Shown: positions 48,495 through 61,554, counted from the first letter of the whole stretch. The stretch is 62,193 nt of DNA, filler included, from Diploschistes diacapsis (GCA_023645945.1; 20 parts of 20 records of this genome joined end to end with filler, not necessarily neighbours in it), one strand, 5' to 3'. Notes: generated by a model not told the origin, from the letters alone. Numbers and translations: made by a program.

Positions 48495-48940
48495 TTAAGA
48501 TGGCGACATGGCCGCCAAGAACTGAAGGTCTTGCGGGCTACCCGTAAGCACTATGCTGTTATTCGGATCATTAATCGTTTCCGCCTTTTCGTCCAATTGA
48601 TCAATAAGGCATTTTATTTATTCTATAGATTTCTTTTCGATCAGCTTAAAAATCTTCCGTAATTTCTCAATACGGGCCTCGTATTCTACTAATTAAGAAA
48701 AAAGCTTTCGTCTTTTCTCTTCTTTTACCTTTAATTTAGATTTCGCTTAAACGCGCATCCTATTTATAACCTCTTAAGATATTAACACGTAATTCTTTCG
48801 GTTAAAACGAACGTATTTCTCGTAACGAAAAGAAATAAACGGTATAATAATATAATTATAAAAAACTAAATAATAGAAGTAAGAAAAGTTAACGGTTTTA
48901 TTTAATCGAAGGATTCGATCGATAAGTTTATAATTACGAG
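48495..48940 (-). pseudogene. Second, divergent antisense accessory ORF remnant just upstream of a 3' LTR (family C)
   Basis: Reads FSYFYYLVFYNY...RYEKYVRFNRKNYVLIS*EVINRMR...EARIEKLRK. Tyr (TAY) sits where the 44310 copy has Cys or Tyr, consistent with G>A RIP of TGY codons. Confidence 0.5.
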
Positions 48941-49050
48941 AAGTTAAAAAAGATATTATTATCTCACGACTTGGGATTCTCTTTTATTTAATATTTATAT
49001 TAGACCCTTCGACGAATCATCGGGCCGATGATGTTGAAGAAAAGGGATAG

Positions 49051-49491
49051 TATTACGATCCAAATACCAGACTTAACACGTCCCAGCTTTCTTATATATA
49101 GGCCGGCTAAGATAACACGGGTCACGTGACTGACAGATATCTGATGAAAGATGTCTGTCGAGACAGATCTGTTCGGATAACTTTTTATTAATAATAATGC
49201 TATCGCGACAGCTTTGCTATCGGCGATTAACTATTATTCTAAACTATATATATAAACGTCGTTATAATTCTTATAAATCCTAATATATTTACTTTTATAG
49301 ACATCCTTAATTATTACTCGGGATCAATTTATATTCGTTATTTTTATCATTAAAGAACCTTCTTTCTAAAGACAATCTAAGACCTATAACTGCTCTATCT
49401 TCTTCTCCTATTTGCACTCCTCTTCTAAACGAGACCAAACCCACCTTGATCAATACCTCGTGTCTACCTTATAGAGATAGAGATCATAACA
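49051..49491 (+). mobile_element. 3' LTR, family C, preceded by a polypurine tract
   Basis: GAAGAAAAGGGATAG|TATTACGATCC...ATCATAACA. Confidence 0.8.
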
Positions 49492-50065
49492 TAAACGCGA
49501 GTTATAACGACAAACGACCGATTATTTAATCGAGATTAGGAACGTCGTTTTAAACGGAGAAATATTATAAATCTAAAATTCCGATACCGTACCAATTATA
49601 TAAAAAATATATAAAATATAAAATATATAAATAACGACGTTATAAACATCGATACTTTAACTAATAAACCCCGTTCTAATTAAAAGAAAGAAACTAAAAG
49701 ACCCAACGAGGGACCTTTAATTAAAGAAAAGAAATATTTTAAATATAATAAAATTAATTACTTCGCCCGAGATTATAGAAACAAAAACACGGTCTATAAA
49801 GAAAATATTCTCGCCGCGATTATTCTATAATTTAACGTAATTACGTTTAACCTTATAGAAGGCTGCTTAACAGACGGATAACTTTAAAAAGAAATTACAG
49901 TTAAATCGGATAACATAATCTAACCAGGCGATATCGACGAATCTATTAATAAAAATGCCGAAATTACGCCTTTATTAATTTTAATAGTAATAAACGAGAT
50001 TTCGAAAAATAACGATATTTCGAAAAATATAACGAAATATAAAAAAACGATAAAATAATTACTCG
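49492..50065 (+). mobile_element. Degraded gag C-terminus with a RIP-mutated CCHC zinc knuckle
   Basis: KKYFKYNKINYFARDYR at about 49728-49780 fits CX2CX4HX4C after reversing G>A and C>T changes. Confidence 0.65.
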
Positions 50066-50180
50066 TGAGACAGCCCAGCCCAGGGGCCTGCCAAGCCACG
50101 GCAGGGTCAGGAGGTGGCTGTGTAGATGGGTAGTCCCCGAATCCCGGTAGGTCTGGTATTTATATTACTTAACGGTACCC
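50066..50180 (+). mobile_element. Start of an LTR family F relative
   Basis: GGGTAG...CCCGAA.CCC.GTAGG.CTGGTATTT is shared with the reverse complement of 40788-40828. Confidence 0.55.
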
Positions 50181-51137
50181 NNNNNNNNNNNNNNNNNNNN
50201 NNNNNNNNNNNNNNNNNNNNNNNNTTAATTAATTAANNNNNNNNNNNNNNNNNNNNNNNNNNNNNNNNNNNNNNNNNNNNATCGAATAGTAGCCCTTAGG
50301 GGTCCCTAATACTATTAATGTTTAAAAAGAATTATAAATTAATTACGAAAGAAAAAAAAACGCGATAATCCGTAAATAATCTTCCGAATTAATCTATAAA
50401 CAATTCGAAAAAGAAAAGGAACGATATTCCTTATTTAATTCCTTACGTTATTTCATCGTTTCCTTTTTATACTCTTTTGATTTCTCTTTAGAATCATAAC
50501 ACCATATTTTCTCTTATTTTTTCTATTACAAAGCCCCTTGCTTCAATAATACACCAAATTTTCTTTCCTTATTCTTCATATTCGCCCTATTCTTTTATTG
50601 TTCTTTCTTTTCTTTTTTCTTTTTTATTCTCTGGTTTTCTCGTTCTGATAATATTGGTTCTTTTATTTATTTATTTTTTATTATTTTTCCTTAAAACTCG
50701 TATTCGATCCCTATTTTTTACCGTTCGTATTCGTATTATCTTATTTAATCTATTCATTCGTATTCGATTTCCTTTTTTTCGTGTTCGTATTCGCGTAATC
50801 CTAATTAATTAATTTAATTTCCGTCCGGTACCGAGTAACTCGAATTAATAATACCTATCGTTTCTAATATCGATAATCTTTAATTTCTAATTCTTTTTTA
50901 ACATTCCACCTATTCGTAGCTTAATTTTCTAAATATATCTTAACTAAATTCTATTTTTTCATCCTTTTAATATTAATAGGCCATTTGGGGATAATTAAAT
51001 ATCCTCTTTATTTTTTTCTCTATATTTTTATAAATAATATCTTTTTATCATATCTAGAACTTTTAGATCGTAACCTTCTTCTTACCTTTCGTAAGATGTA
51101 GAAGGGTCCTTAGACAAGTCCTTAGGTTAACCCCCAT

Positions 51138-51372
51138 TATAAACATAAGGCGCGCTGTCTAGGGAGACTTCCCTTGCTGTAGTAGGTAAGTAGTCGTAGG
51201 TGGTATAATAAGGGAATGTAGTGTGATCTCGTAGTCAATAGCATACCTAGGTGGGACATTTGTGAGGTGTAGGATGCATTGATTGTCTAGAGTTACCTAG
51301 CAGGCCTCCTTAAATGGAGCTGCCCTGTGGGGACCACCCCCATCAAGTCTGCGGCCTACTTTTATGTTTACA
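51138..51372 (+). mobile_element. LTR family B (about 235 bp)
   Basis: Collinear with 52803-53037; ends ...TTTACA. Confidence 0.75.
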
Positions 51373-52184
51373 ATACGAGCGCGCGTAACTTAAATATTTA
51401 TTTACATCATAAACTTATATAAAAAATCTTTATTCTAATATCGTAGATATATAAAGTCGATACCCGGCTTTTAGATCGTCGAAATAGAAGATTTCGTTTA
51501 TTAGCTTGAAAAAAAGCCGTATTATATCTTCTTTAAGTTCCTAATTTTTTTATACCTTTATCAGAACTTTTTGTTATTTAAGTTTTTCGTATTTAGTTTT
51601 AAGCAGATTTTTTAAATCTTGCGATATTCGCACGACTGTAATTGGATAAACTTTGACCTCGATGTTATTTTAGAGGACGTTTAGTATTCCTTCGTTAAAC
51701 TCGATTTTGTATTTTTTCGAGGTTAATCTTAAAAGGGTATCTGGAATTAAGTTTTTCTTTTTAGGAATGTATTTAATTTCGATTTTAAAGCGTTGGATAT
51801 ATTCTAACGTTTTGATTAATCGTAGGTTTAGCTTTTTTATAGAGATAGGATTTAAAGATAGTTGTTTATTAATTCCGACCGTTGCGCTATGATCCGTAAA
51901 AGAATATATTAGGCGTGATTTCGCTGGACTCGACTAAGTGACGTATTTTGCGTAAAAATTATATTAGGTATGTTATTTCTAGCTTCGTTGGCTAGTACCG
52001 GTACTCAGTATCGTTGAGTTTTCGAGACAGGAATAATATAGGTTCGATTTTATTATAAGTAAAATATTCGTAGGAATCGAATTTGGTATCTTTCTTAATA
52101 TAATATAATATATATTTTATATTAAAGAGCTTACTCGTATCGATATTTCCGTAAAGCCGACGTTTCCGATCTAGATGTATTAAT
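51373..52184 (-). mobile_element. Ty3/gypsy RNase H fragment, RIP-inactivated
   Basis: E*RY*VPVLANEA...FTDHSATVGI...LNLRLIKTLEYIQRF...IPKKKNLIPDTLLRL (YTDH...ADALSR type). Confidence 0.7.
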
Positions 52185-52284
52185 NNNNNNNNNNNNNNNN
52201 NNNNNNNNNNNNNNNNNNNNNNNNNNNNTTAATTAATTAANNNNNNNNNNNNNNNNNNNNNNNNNNNNNNNNNNNNNNNNNNNN

Positions 52285-52420
52285 CTATCCCACTGAGCCA
52301 AAAGACTAACACAATGCTTTCAGGAACCCCGAAGCACTGTTTCCCTATTACACTATATGTAGGTGCGTGGCTGTGGCAGCAGGGGGACCTGAACCCCAGG
52401 GCGCACCTTTGGGCGTTACA
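52285..52420 (-). mobile_element. Partial LTR family A
   Basis: Near-identical to 36317-36452. Confidence 0.85.
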
Positions 52421-52802
52421 AAAATTGTCTTCGAGATTAATTAAATATGCGCTAATCTTACGTTCTTTTTTTTAAGAATGGTTTAGTTGTTTTCTATCTA
52501 ATAAACGGAAAAATCGAAATAAATACGTAACGGCCTAAAAACATGTATTATTAATTATACGTCGTGAAAAATAAGCGTAAGAAATTAATATACTCCGAAT
52601 CACGATTTTATAAGATATTTTTCTTATAATAACAATCGTTTTAGATTATGTCGGCGATCTCTTTCTAAATTTTGGCTATCGCATTATAAGCTTTTTGTTC
52701 TTTATAAACTATTTTCAGCTGCTGTATACCCGCCTCCCCTATAAAGCGCCAAAGCATCCTATCCGTTACCTCGCTCATCGCCAGTTTTCGAAAAGATTTT
52801 AT

Positions 52803-53037
52803 TATAGACACAAGGCGCGCTGTCTAGAGAGACTTCCCTTGCTGTAGTAGGTAGATAGTCGTAGGTGGTGTAGTAAAGGAATATAGTGTGATTTCGTAGT
52901 CAACAGCATACCTAGATAAGACATTTATGAGGTGTAAGATGTATTGATTATCTAAAGCTACCTAACAGACCTCCTTAAATGGAGCTGCCCTGTAAGGACC
53001 ACTTCCATCAAGTCTACGGCCTACTTTTATATTTATA
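52803..53037 (+). mobile_element. LTR family B copy
   Basis: Collinear with 51138-51372. Confidence 0.75.
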
Positions 53038-54154
53038 TACGACTCCTTCTTTAATAGTTCGCTGTTTTATAACGAACTCTATATAAATCTTATTAATATA
53101 AAATTTCTATCTCGTTATCTTTATACTTTAATATAGTTCTATATTTCTCCGGTAACTAAAATATTTAAAATTTTATTATCTTTAATATTCCTTTTTCGAC
53201 GTAATCGTATTTTTAAATCTATTTTTTTATATTTTATTCTTTTAAACATAATTAGAATAAAAGACGGTATTTATTTAAAGATATTTTTATTTTCGATTGT
53301 ATTTATATTATCCGTAAATACTTCGCCTAATAAATATAATTAATAGCACGTCCTTTCCTTTCCTTTCTTCTATTTTCCCCTCGTTTCGTCACCATTAGCA
53401 AGGAGTCAACTGCAGATAAGTAAGTAGAAAAGCAGGCAAGGAAATCTATCACAAAATCAAGTAAGTAACAAAGCACAAGGCAAGCAAGTCAACATATAGA
53501 AAAGTAAGCACGTAAGCAAGAAAGTACCTGGCAGATAGGCAGGAAAGTAAGCTTGTTAAGGAGCTAGCAGACAATCGAACAGCCACATAAATAAGCAGAC
53601 TCTTTTTTATCATAGTCATAGGCCCCTAGGGTCTTCTGATACCCATTTCTCCCTATCATGCTATTTCTGAGACTCCGGCAGCGACATATGACTTCTCTCT
53701 CTTTATCTCATCGATCAACTGTCCGAGGTAATCCGCTGCTAGATAGACCGCTGTCTTAATCTTGGTTTTTGCTTTATATATCAAGGGGTATCGGTCGTTT
53801 GAAGGTTACTCCCTTACGTGGTTAAGAAAACTCTTAATGGTATTGAAGCTACTTCTATTTATTAGTATTATTGGTGTTTAATAACTTTTAGTTTGAATAA
53901 GACTTCTTGATAGAACCAGGGGCTGGAGAGAGAAAGAGTCTTGTGCTAGTGCGAAAGGTGTGCTGTCAGCCATTATTGAAGGTGGTTGGTATGACTGTTA
54001 AGCAGGGTCTTAAAGCGCAACGAGCAGGATCTTAAAATAAAGATCTTAAAATATAAATAAAATTTCAATACAACTAGATTTTTAAAGCATGTTAAGTGGG
54101 ATCTTAAAATATAATAAATAATAATTTAAGCTAAATAGTATAAAAATTAATATA

Positions 54155-54188
54155 ACGTGTTTCACGGGGATTCCGGCCACCCCCAGAT
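54155..54188 (+). mobile_element. Fot1/pogo TIR end
   Basis: TA|ACGTGTTTCACGGGGATTCCGGCCACCCCCAGAT. Confidence 0.8.
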
Positions 54189-54288
54189 NNNNNNNNNNNN
54201 NNNNNNNNNNNNNNNNNNNNNNNNNNNNNNNNTTAATTAATTAANNNNNNNNNNNNNNNNNNNNNNNNNNNNNNNNNNNNNNNNNNNN

Positions 54289-55594
54289 TTCATCAACTAA
54301 TGCCGGAAAAGTTGAATTTGACGTCATCACCACCTCTGGCACATCCCTAACAGTAAATGTCTGTAACCACCCCCGTCTCTTCTGGGCTCTCCGAGGCGGT
54401 GGCGGTTCCACCTTCGCCATCTTACTCAACTACAAGTTCCGGCTCCAACTACGCAACTCGGGGGGTATAGCAATGTACACGTTCTTCGCTACCCTTCCTC
54501 CACCACCCGACTCCTCGACCCCCGCGTCGACCAACCCCATCCTAAAAACGGTGTTCTCCTTCCTCGCCAACATTCAGCCAACGTGGTACGAAGCAAACGT
54601 AACGGGATACGATTACCTCAGCCCCTATTACATCAGCACCTACCACATCCTTCCTATCGGTGCGTACCCCCTCCAAACCCTCCAAAACCTAACATCTTCC
54701 TACCGTGTCCTACTCCGAAGTCTACCAAACATCACCATCTCCCAAGATAACTATGCCCTCTTCCCCTCCAACCTAGCCTATATGCACGGCACCGCAGTCG
54801 CCGATGCACTCCACGGTGCCGTCGGCCTGGGCGTCCAGGTCTCATCTCGCCTCGTCCCCACCTCCCTCTTCGCCACCTCGGCCTCCCGCTCAGTCCTTGT
54901 CTCTGCACTTCTGAAGGGCCTCGACGCCCTCGCGTCCCTAGGTGGCAACGCGACGCATCCGCCGCCCGTTGAGCTCGGACTGTACAGCACGGTGCCTTAC
55001 CATGCTAAGGATGAGAGGTATGAGACGAGCGTGAACCCAGCATGGAGAAGAAGCACGTGGCATGTAGTTACGGGTGGGGCGTGGAAGGCGGAGGAGAGCG
55101 AGGAGGCGACGAGGGGCACACAGGTGGTGACTAGGGCGGTCATGGGGCCGCTGATCAGGCTTGTGGGGGATGTTGCTGAGGCGGAGGTAACGGCGGGGAA
55201 CGGCCAGCTTAACTATTCTGATCGCCATGATAACCAGCAAGGTACACGAGCCGGGGAGGAGCCAGAGAGCTGCGGCGCTGGTCGGGGCTGGGGCTACCGC
55301 AAAGGCGTCGAGAATAAGAGCAGAAGCAGCAGCGCCAGCTCACCACCGTACAGCAACACCAGCAGCACCAATCGCCACGACACAGCCAGAACCGGAAGAA
55401 ATAGTGAACGGCATGTGAATCGGGGTTACGGCTACGTCAACGAGGGCGACTACCTGGAGCCGAACTGGCGGGAGGTGTTCTACGGCGGACTGTACGAGAA
55501 GCTGCTTGCGGTGAAGAGGGAGTGGGATCCAGAGGGCGTACTTTCGTGTTGGAAGTGCGTTGGGTGGACGGAAGAGAAGGGGGCGGATGAGTAA
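54289..55594 (+). CDS. FAD-linked oxidoreductase, berberine-bridge-enzyme-like, 5' truncated
   Basis: EFDVITTSG...LFWALRGGGGSTFA, TSVNPAWR, and the BBE C-terminal motif GYVNEGD...NWREVFYG..YEKLLAVKREWDPEGVLSCWKCVG. Confidence 0.9.
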
Positions 55595-56290
55595 GTCCAG
55601 CCTCTTTTCCATCTTCTCCCCTTTTCTATGTCATCTGCGTCTGTCTCATCTATCCCGGGCCCTGTTTGTCTAGATGCTCGCTTCTATTTTTCTTGTTCCC
55701 TCTCCTCTCCCTTCCTCCTCCCTTCTCTCCGTCCCCTATCCACCACCGCAGCCCCCAAATTTGCTTTGCGTTGAAACAAGAAACTCCTAACCACCACCTT
55801 CCGCGGCACACACAGTCCCATGTACTCCTGCTACAGCGAAAACGAAAACGATGCGCAACCGCGCCCGTATTCGAGTCGTCTCCCCAACACCATCGCCAAT
55901 ACGCAATAACGGCTTAACTCAACAATTAAACCATACATGTAGAAGCACCCTTATGCCCCCAGATCCCCGTGGCAGACAGCGCGAAGGGGCGTACGCTTGG
56001 TTGTTTTGTTCGTGTATCTCGTGTCGAAGGTGTTGAGGACTATTGCATTACCACAGCACACCACAGCACAGCACAGCACAGCATACCACAGCAGAGCAGG
56101 GGACGTGTTTTCCCCTTTCTTTTCCCTCCGCGCTTGGGGCGTTGTTTTGAAGCATGCTAGATACATTTTCATCCCCGGGGAGGGTAGCGGNNNNNNNNNN
56201 NNNNNNNNNNNNNNNNNNNNNNNNNNNNNNNNNNTTAATTAATTAANNNNNNNNNNNNNNNNNNNNNNNNNNNNNNNNNNNNNNNNNNNN

Positions 56291-57314
56291 CGTATATGTC
56301 TATTATCGTATCTAGATTAAGGATTTTGCCGTCATCGCCCAGCCTCTATATCAGCTATTAAAGAAAGATCAATCCTTCTTATAAGGTCTTTACCAGTAAT
56401 AGGCCATGGATACTCTTAAACTATTATTTACCAATACTCCTATCTTGAAACCGCTGGATTATACGATGGTTAAGACCCAACCGATTATTCTAGAAGTTGA
56501 TATAAGCAAGACTAATTGAAAAAGTTTTCTTAAATAATTAAATATTGATAAAAAACGTCGTTATATATTTAGATACGAGAACGGAATATAGTCTCTTTCG
56601 GAAATAAAGTATGATGTTAAAAAACGCGAATGCCGGGAATTACTAAAGATTTTAAAAAAATTAAGATTTTATTTATATAGAATACATTTAATTCTTAAAT
56701 TAGACGCCAAAACTTTGATATATTAATTAAATAAGTCCAATACCGATCTACCAAAGGCCCTCGTTAACAATTAACTTGCATAAATTCAGCTTTTCGACTT
56801 CGAAGTACAACATGTCCCAAAAAGATATCATATTATAACAGATGCGCTCTCACGACGACCGCCTGCAGAATCAGATTTAATGAATAAAGAAGATATAAAC
56901 GACTTTATAAAGCAATCCTTCGAGATTCGTCATCGGATTTACGCCCAAGATCATACGGATTATGTCAAATCTTCATCTCGGAACGATCCGGACGGATCTG
57001 AATAGGAAACCCTAAGGGTTAATAATCCTAATATAGAAAAAATCCTGCCTATAACTTTAAATCTTGATTCCCGTTATATTAATAAGCATCAAAAAATAAC
57101 AGAATATTTAACTTTCTTATAAAAACCATCTAGAATATCTAATACCGATTTTAGGAATTTAAGACGCTAAGTTACCCAATATCTGGTCTAACATAAGAAA
57201 TTTTTCAGACGCGGACGCCACTTACAGACAACATAAAGAATAGTCGATAATCCCGACGAAAAAATACACATCCTAAAGGAAATGTACCTCCAATCTAGTC
57301 ATCGGAGCTATAAT
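56291..57314 (+). mobile_element. Ty3/gypsy RNase H to integrase fragment, RIP-inactivated
   Basis: FAVIAQPLYQLLKKD, IILEVDIS, YDVKKRECRELL, IQLFDFEVQHVP...DALSRRP. Confidence 0.85.
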
Positions 57315-57906
57315 TAGGCTGGCCGTTTCGTGCCACGGTCACTGACACGGACACTGCAGCAAAAATTTTTAAAACACGGACACTGACACGGACACGATAG
57401 CTAAAATTTTAAAATACGGATATTGACACGGATATTGCACTGTAGTAAAAGCACGGACACGGATATTGTAATTAAAAATTTTAAAATATTGATATTGATA
57501 CGGATACTGCATTTCCGTGAATCTATCGAAATACTGCGGTGAATCTACCGAAACACCGTAGTGAAATTTTTTTAAAAAAATAAAAGCGTGAGAAATAGGC
57601 GTGATAATTCCAGAATTATTAAAATTAAAAAAATAATTTAAAGTGTTTCGGTGAATGTACGGACACGGATATCGTAATAAAAAAATTTTCGATACGGACA
57701 TTAATACGGACATTATATTATAATAAAAGCACGGACACGGATATTGTAATTAAAAAATTTAAAATATTGATATTAATACGGATACTGCATTTCCGTGAAT
57801 CCATGGATACGGACACCGTAGCTAAAAAATCTAAAACACGGATACTGACACTGTCAGTATCCGTGTCACTGACACGGCCGTGTCAGTGTCAGTGACGGCC
57901 AGCCTA
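57315..57906. mobile_element. hAT-like MITE, second copy (inverted, longer)
   Basis: TAGGCTGGCCGT...ACGGCCAGCCTA 12-bp TIRs, ACACGG arrays, terminal palindrome. Confidence 0.78.
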
Positions 57907-58192
57907 ATATCTATTATTGTATCTAGATTAAGGATTTTACCGTCATCGTCCAACCTTTATATCAGTTACTAAAAAAGGATCAACCCTTCTTATAAAGTCT
58001 TTATCAGCAACAGGCCATAGATACCCTTAAACTATTATTCATTAATACCCCCATCCTAAAGCCGTTGGACTATACGGTGGTCAAGACCCAACCGATTATT
58101 TTAAAAGTTAATATAAATAAAACTAGTTGAAGAAGTTTTCTTAAATAATTAAACATTAATAAAAAGCGTCGCCATATATTTAGATACGAAAA
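57907..58192 (+). repeat. Direct duplicate of 56296-56582
   Basis: TCTATTAT.GTATCTAGATTAAGGATTTT...AGATACGA recurs immediately after the MITE. Confidence 0.85.
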
Positions 58193-58292
58193 NNNNNNNN
58201 NNNNNNNNNNNNNNNNNNNNNNNNNNNNNNNNNNNNTTAATTAATTAANNNNNNNNNNNNNNNNNNNNNNNNNNNNNNNNNNNNNNNNNNNN

Positions 58293-60095
58293 GGCGAGAA
58301 AGAGGGGTCTGGGAGAGGGCCCCGGTGCAGGCGGCGGAGGCTATGAGGAGGAGGATGGAGGATCTGTAGGGGGGCAGTGAGAGCCAGTCGGTGCTCCCTT
58401 TGCTGACCGTCTGACCTCGTGACGACGGGCAGACCGCTCCGGTTGGTGCCGAATGTGTGGTAAACTCGCGGGAGAGCACCATGCAGGCGAGCAGTCCGTT
58501 GAGCGAGGCGTACACAAAATGAAACGAGTAGTTGTGCTATGTTGGCAACCAAGGCACTGCCAAAAAGGGGGAGGCCTTTCGGTGAAACCAACAGGGGGAA
58601 TCAGGAGAGAGGGCCTCCAAAGCCATTCGCCCATAAAGTTGTTAAGCTGACCCGCTGGGCGCTCGATATTTACAGATAGCCTTTTTATAAGTATGATCAT
58701 ACCGCCCACCCCAAAGATATGCGCAACTAACATTGAACTTTGGCAAAAACGTCCGAAGGGTTGTTCGGTCAGTCACCCACAAGAAACAAATCCAGAACCA
58801 CCGCAGCCCGACTGGCGCCTGTAAAACTAATGCATACATACTTGACCTTTGGGAGGAGGACACTGCCACCAATGACAGCCAGGGGATCTGCGGCCGAACT
58901 ATGGCCTTTCGCATCTCGCTTCGACGGGCGATATCCAGCTGCTCGCGGTCGCTTCTTTCTCTGTTGGGCGACTGCAAATCGCCTTGCACGTATTTGTGCT
59001 GCTTATACGGCTCCGAGACCCTTCGTGTTTGGGCCCGGGTGGTCTACAAAAGATGTCGAAGCATCACCAAACGTGATCAGTGGCTTGAAAGTTTTTCTTA
59101 TAACAAGAATGTAAAGATATTGCCCTGATGCCGTTGGAAACGATGACCACAATCATGACGACCACGGACATTTGTATGGTACATGGGGACGGGGTGGGCT
59201 CTAGCAGACAATATTGAGCGTAACTTCTCGGCCACGTTGAATTATTCGCATCGGCGCAACCTTGCAAACTATAGGGACAGAAGTTGAAGCCCTAGTTAGT
59301 GATATCCTGCAGGATATCGGTAGTACCGAAATTATTAATACTCAGTGTTTCATCCTCCCCATCTTGTTGAGTCCAGTCTTCACAAGGCTACTCCAAAGGC
59401 ATCGGTCCTTGGCCTCCTGGCTCAAATGGGAACTGCGTAGCAAGCTTAACCAAGCAGCCACTGAATGGTATTAATCAATATGGGTCAGGAGAATGAGAAC
59501 TTTTGAACATGCAGTTACCGAGTTCTTCGAATATATGCTCGCACAATCGCAAGGATCCTTCCTGGAAAAGGCGCTCGAATTTCTTATGAAAGTCGGACAC
59601 GACAGCCCGGACGTATTAGTCTATTGGCGAGCCTGTCCCAAAACTATCAAGGTAGCCCGGTACAAAAGAAATATTGGCAAGATCGTAAGACCCAGATGTC
59701 AAAAACGATTCGGTGGCGCCAATAGCTACATAGCCGTTCGCGACATTGGTGGAAAATATAGCGGAGTTATCCTTATTACCACTTATCATAGACCAAAGCA
59801 GCATAATAGATTTTGATCTCGCAGAAGGCGAAGTGGTAAAGAACTGGCGGCAAGTAATACCTACAGCACCCCTCTCCATGTTTACATCGCTTCCCAGTTC
59901 AGGAAGCCCGAAATGCCCACGTCGAGCCATTGCCCCTTATGGCATTCGTCTACTTCCTCGCGGATAGTTGCGGACAAACACTGCATGGCAGCATTTGCTG
60001 GACCCGAGCAGCAGAGTCGACAGGGCGTTAATAGCCAGGTGGCTCCCGGTGAACGGGGCTTACGTCTGAGAACAAATGATGCCATTGTATCGTGA
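58293..60095 (-). pseudogene. DUF6536-type fungal membrane protein pseudogene (multiple frameshifts and stops)
   Basis: Fragments occur in order but in different frames: ANAAMQCLSATIREEVDECHKGQWLDVG, QYCLLEP...C...VVIVSN, PLITFGDASTSFV.HP...TKG, ANIAQLLVSF.YASLNGLL..M, GQQR.T.WLSLP.R. They match the family pattern as recalled. Confidence 0.7.
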
Positions 60096-60293
60096 ATCAT
60101 GAAAGTTGAAAGCAAAAGAAATAAGTACTAGCGCGAGAGATATGAGTCATCCCAGCCCACAGGGCTTAGCGTACTTTTTGGAATATATAATCCNNNNNNN
60201 NNNNNNNNNNNNNNNNNNNNNNNNNNNNNNNNNNNNNTTAATTAATTAANNNNNNNNNNNNNNNNNNNNNNNNNNNNNNNNNNNNNNNNNNNN

Positions 60294-60827
60294 GTAATTT
60301 AAAGTCTTTTATTCGTCTTTATTTTTAAAAGACCCGCAGGATTTTTTAAAAAGATAAGCGCATTTTAAACCATATCCGATAAAAATAAAAGCCGGAAAAG
60401 AATAAGAATTCGAATAAATTCTTAACGTTAAAAAACATCTCGGGCGAGGATTAAACATCCAATATAAAATACGTTAAACAAAATAATTAATCGACAATAA
60501 TTAATATTGCGTTATGATAAAATTAAGCTAAAAGTATGCCAATAATCGGACAAGCGGCGTTCAGGGTCTTAGCTTGCTAATACTTGAAAAGGGATTTTAC
60601 CCTTATTACTCTCTCCTTTTCTTTAATAATTAATCCTAGCATAAATCTACCCTACGTATAATCATGTTATTATATTATCGTATTCTATACTTCATAGTTC
60701 TAATTACTTTACCTTTCTTAAAGACGACGATCCGACAAGATAACACGTTTTTCGCAACGTATACATAAAATAAACCCACGCAACCAAATTAAAATGAAAA
60801 AAATGAATCAAGAAAAAGAAATAAACG
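60294..60827 (+). mobile_element. Chromodomain fragment (copy of 41330-41530) followed by LTR family E
   Basis: CGGGCGAGGATTAAACATCCAATATAAAATACGTT matches the reverse complement of 41350-41385; 60515-60827 matches 35794-36105. Confidence 0.7.
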
Positions 60828-61554
60828 TTCTAAAACTACCTTACTTGATAAAAAAGATTTAAATCATATCGAATAATAAGAACGAAACTTATAATTTAAA
60901 GACAAAACATCAGCAGGCGAGTCGCTAGAATAAAAACATAATTTCGAATCTACATTAAGAAATATATTAAAAATAGTCAAAAACATACTATTAAAATAAA
61001 ATAAGATATAAAGTTTAAAAAAAGCTAGCTAATAAAGGCGAAGAAAGATACCTTCGTCGAGAAAGCCAAAAAAATTCTTATTAAAGTAGCATTAATAACT
61101 GAAATGATGTACAAACGATAAACAAACTAGGATTATTTAGATGTTATAAACTGTTATCGCGACATTAATTAAATAAGTTATTATCCTTTGATAAAAAAAC
61201 TGTTCAAGAACATAACCATTAAATAATAAATATAGAAAATTTATCATATTATCTAAGTATTTTCTTAACGATGAAATTAAGATACGTTTCGCTATACAAT
61301 CGCTTACTAGCAAAGCCGAAGAAGCATAGGTTCCATATTTAAAAAATAAAAACTTTTCCGATTTCACGTGGGATTACTGTAAACTATTTTTACTAAATAG
61401 GATCAAGGACCCTGTCTATCGCTCGCTATCAGCCTATCAAAACTAAAAATCAGCAAAATAGGATTCTTATTAATCGATTCAAAACTTCGAAGCATATTAT
61501 ACCATACTAAAAGAATAACTAAATAATAAGTTACCGGGTACAATAAAAATATTA

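Larger units (their letters stand above)
24002..60293. other. 19 artificial 100-nt contig spacers (N44-TTAATTAATTAA-N44)
   Basis: Identical spacers start at 24002, 26022, 28041, 30060, 32077, 34092, 36106, 38120, 40133, 42145, 44157, 46166, 48175, 50181, 52185, 54189, 56191, 58193 and 60194. The linker has stops in all six frames. The contigs between them shrink steadily from 1920 to 1900 bp. Confidence 0.97.

Noticed and set aside
53340..54010. Less AT-rich block with a minus-strand ATG (MADSTPFALAQD...)
   Set aside because: Multiple stops and no recognisable domain; possibly a RIP-damaged gene, but unsupported.
56052..56095. (CACAG)n run and overlapping short ORFs at 55666-56242
   Set aside because: Simple microsatellite in 3' intergenic DNA.
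59262..59967. Plus-strand ORFs 59262-59474, 59493-59816 and 59746-59967
   Set aside because: Antisense to the DUF6536-type pseudogene; no independent motifs.
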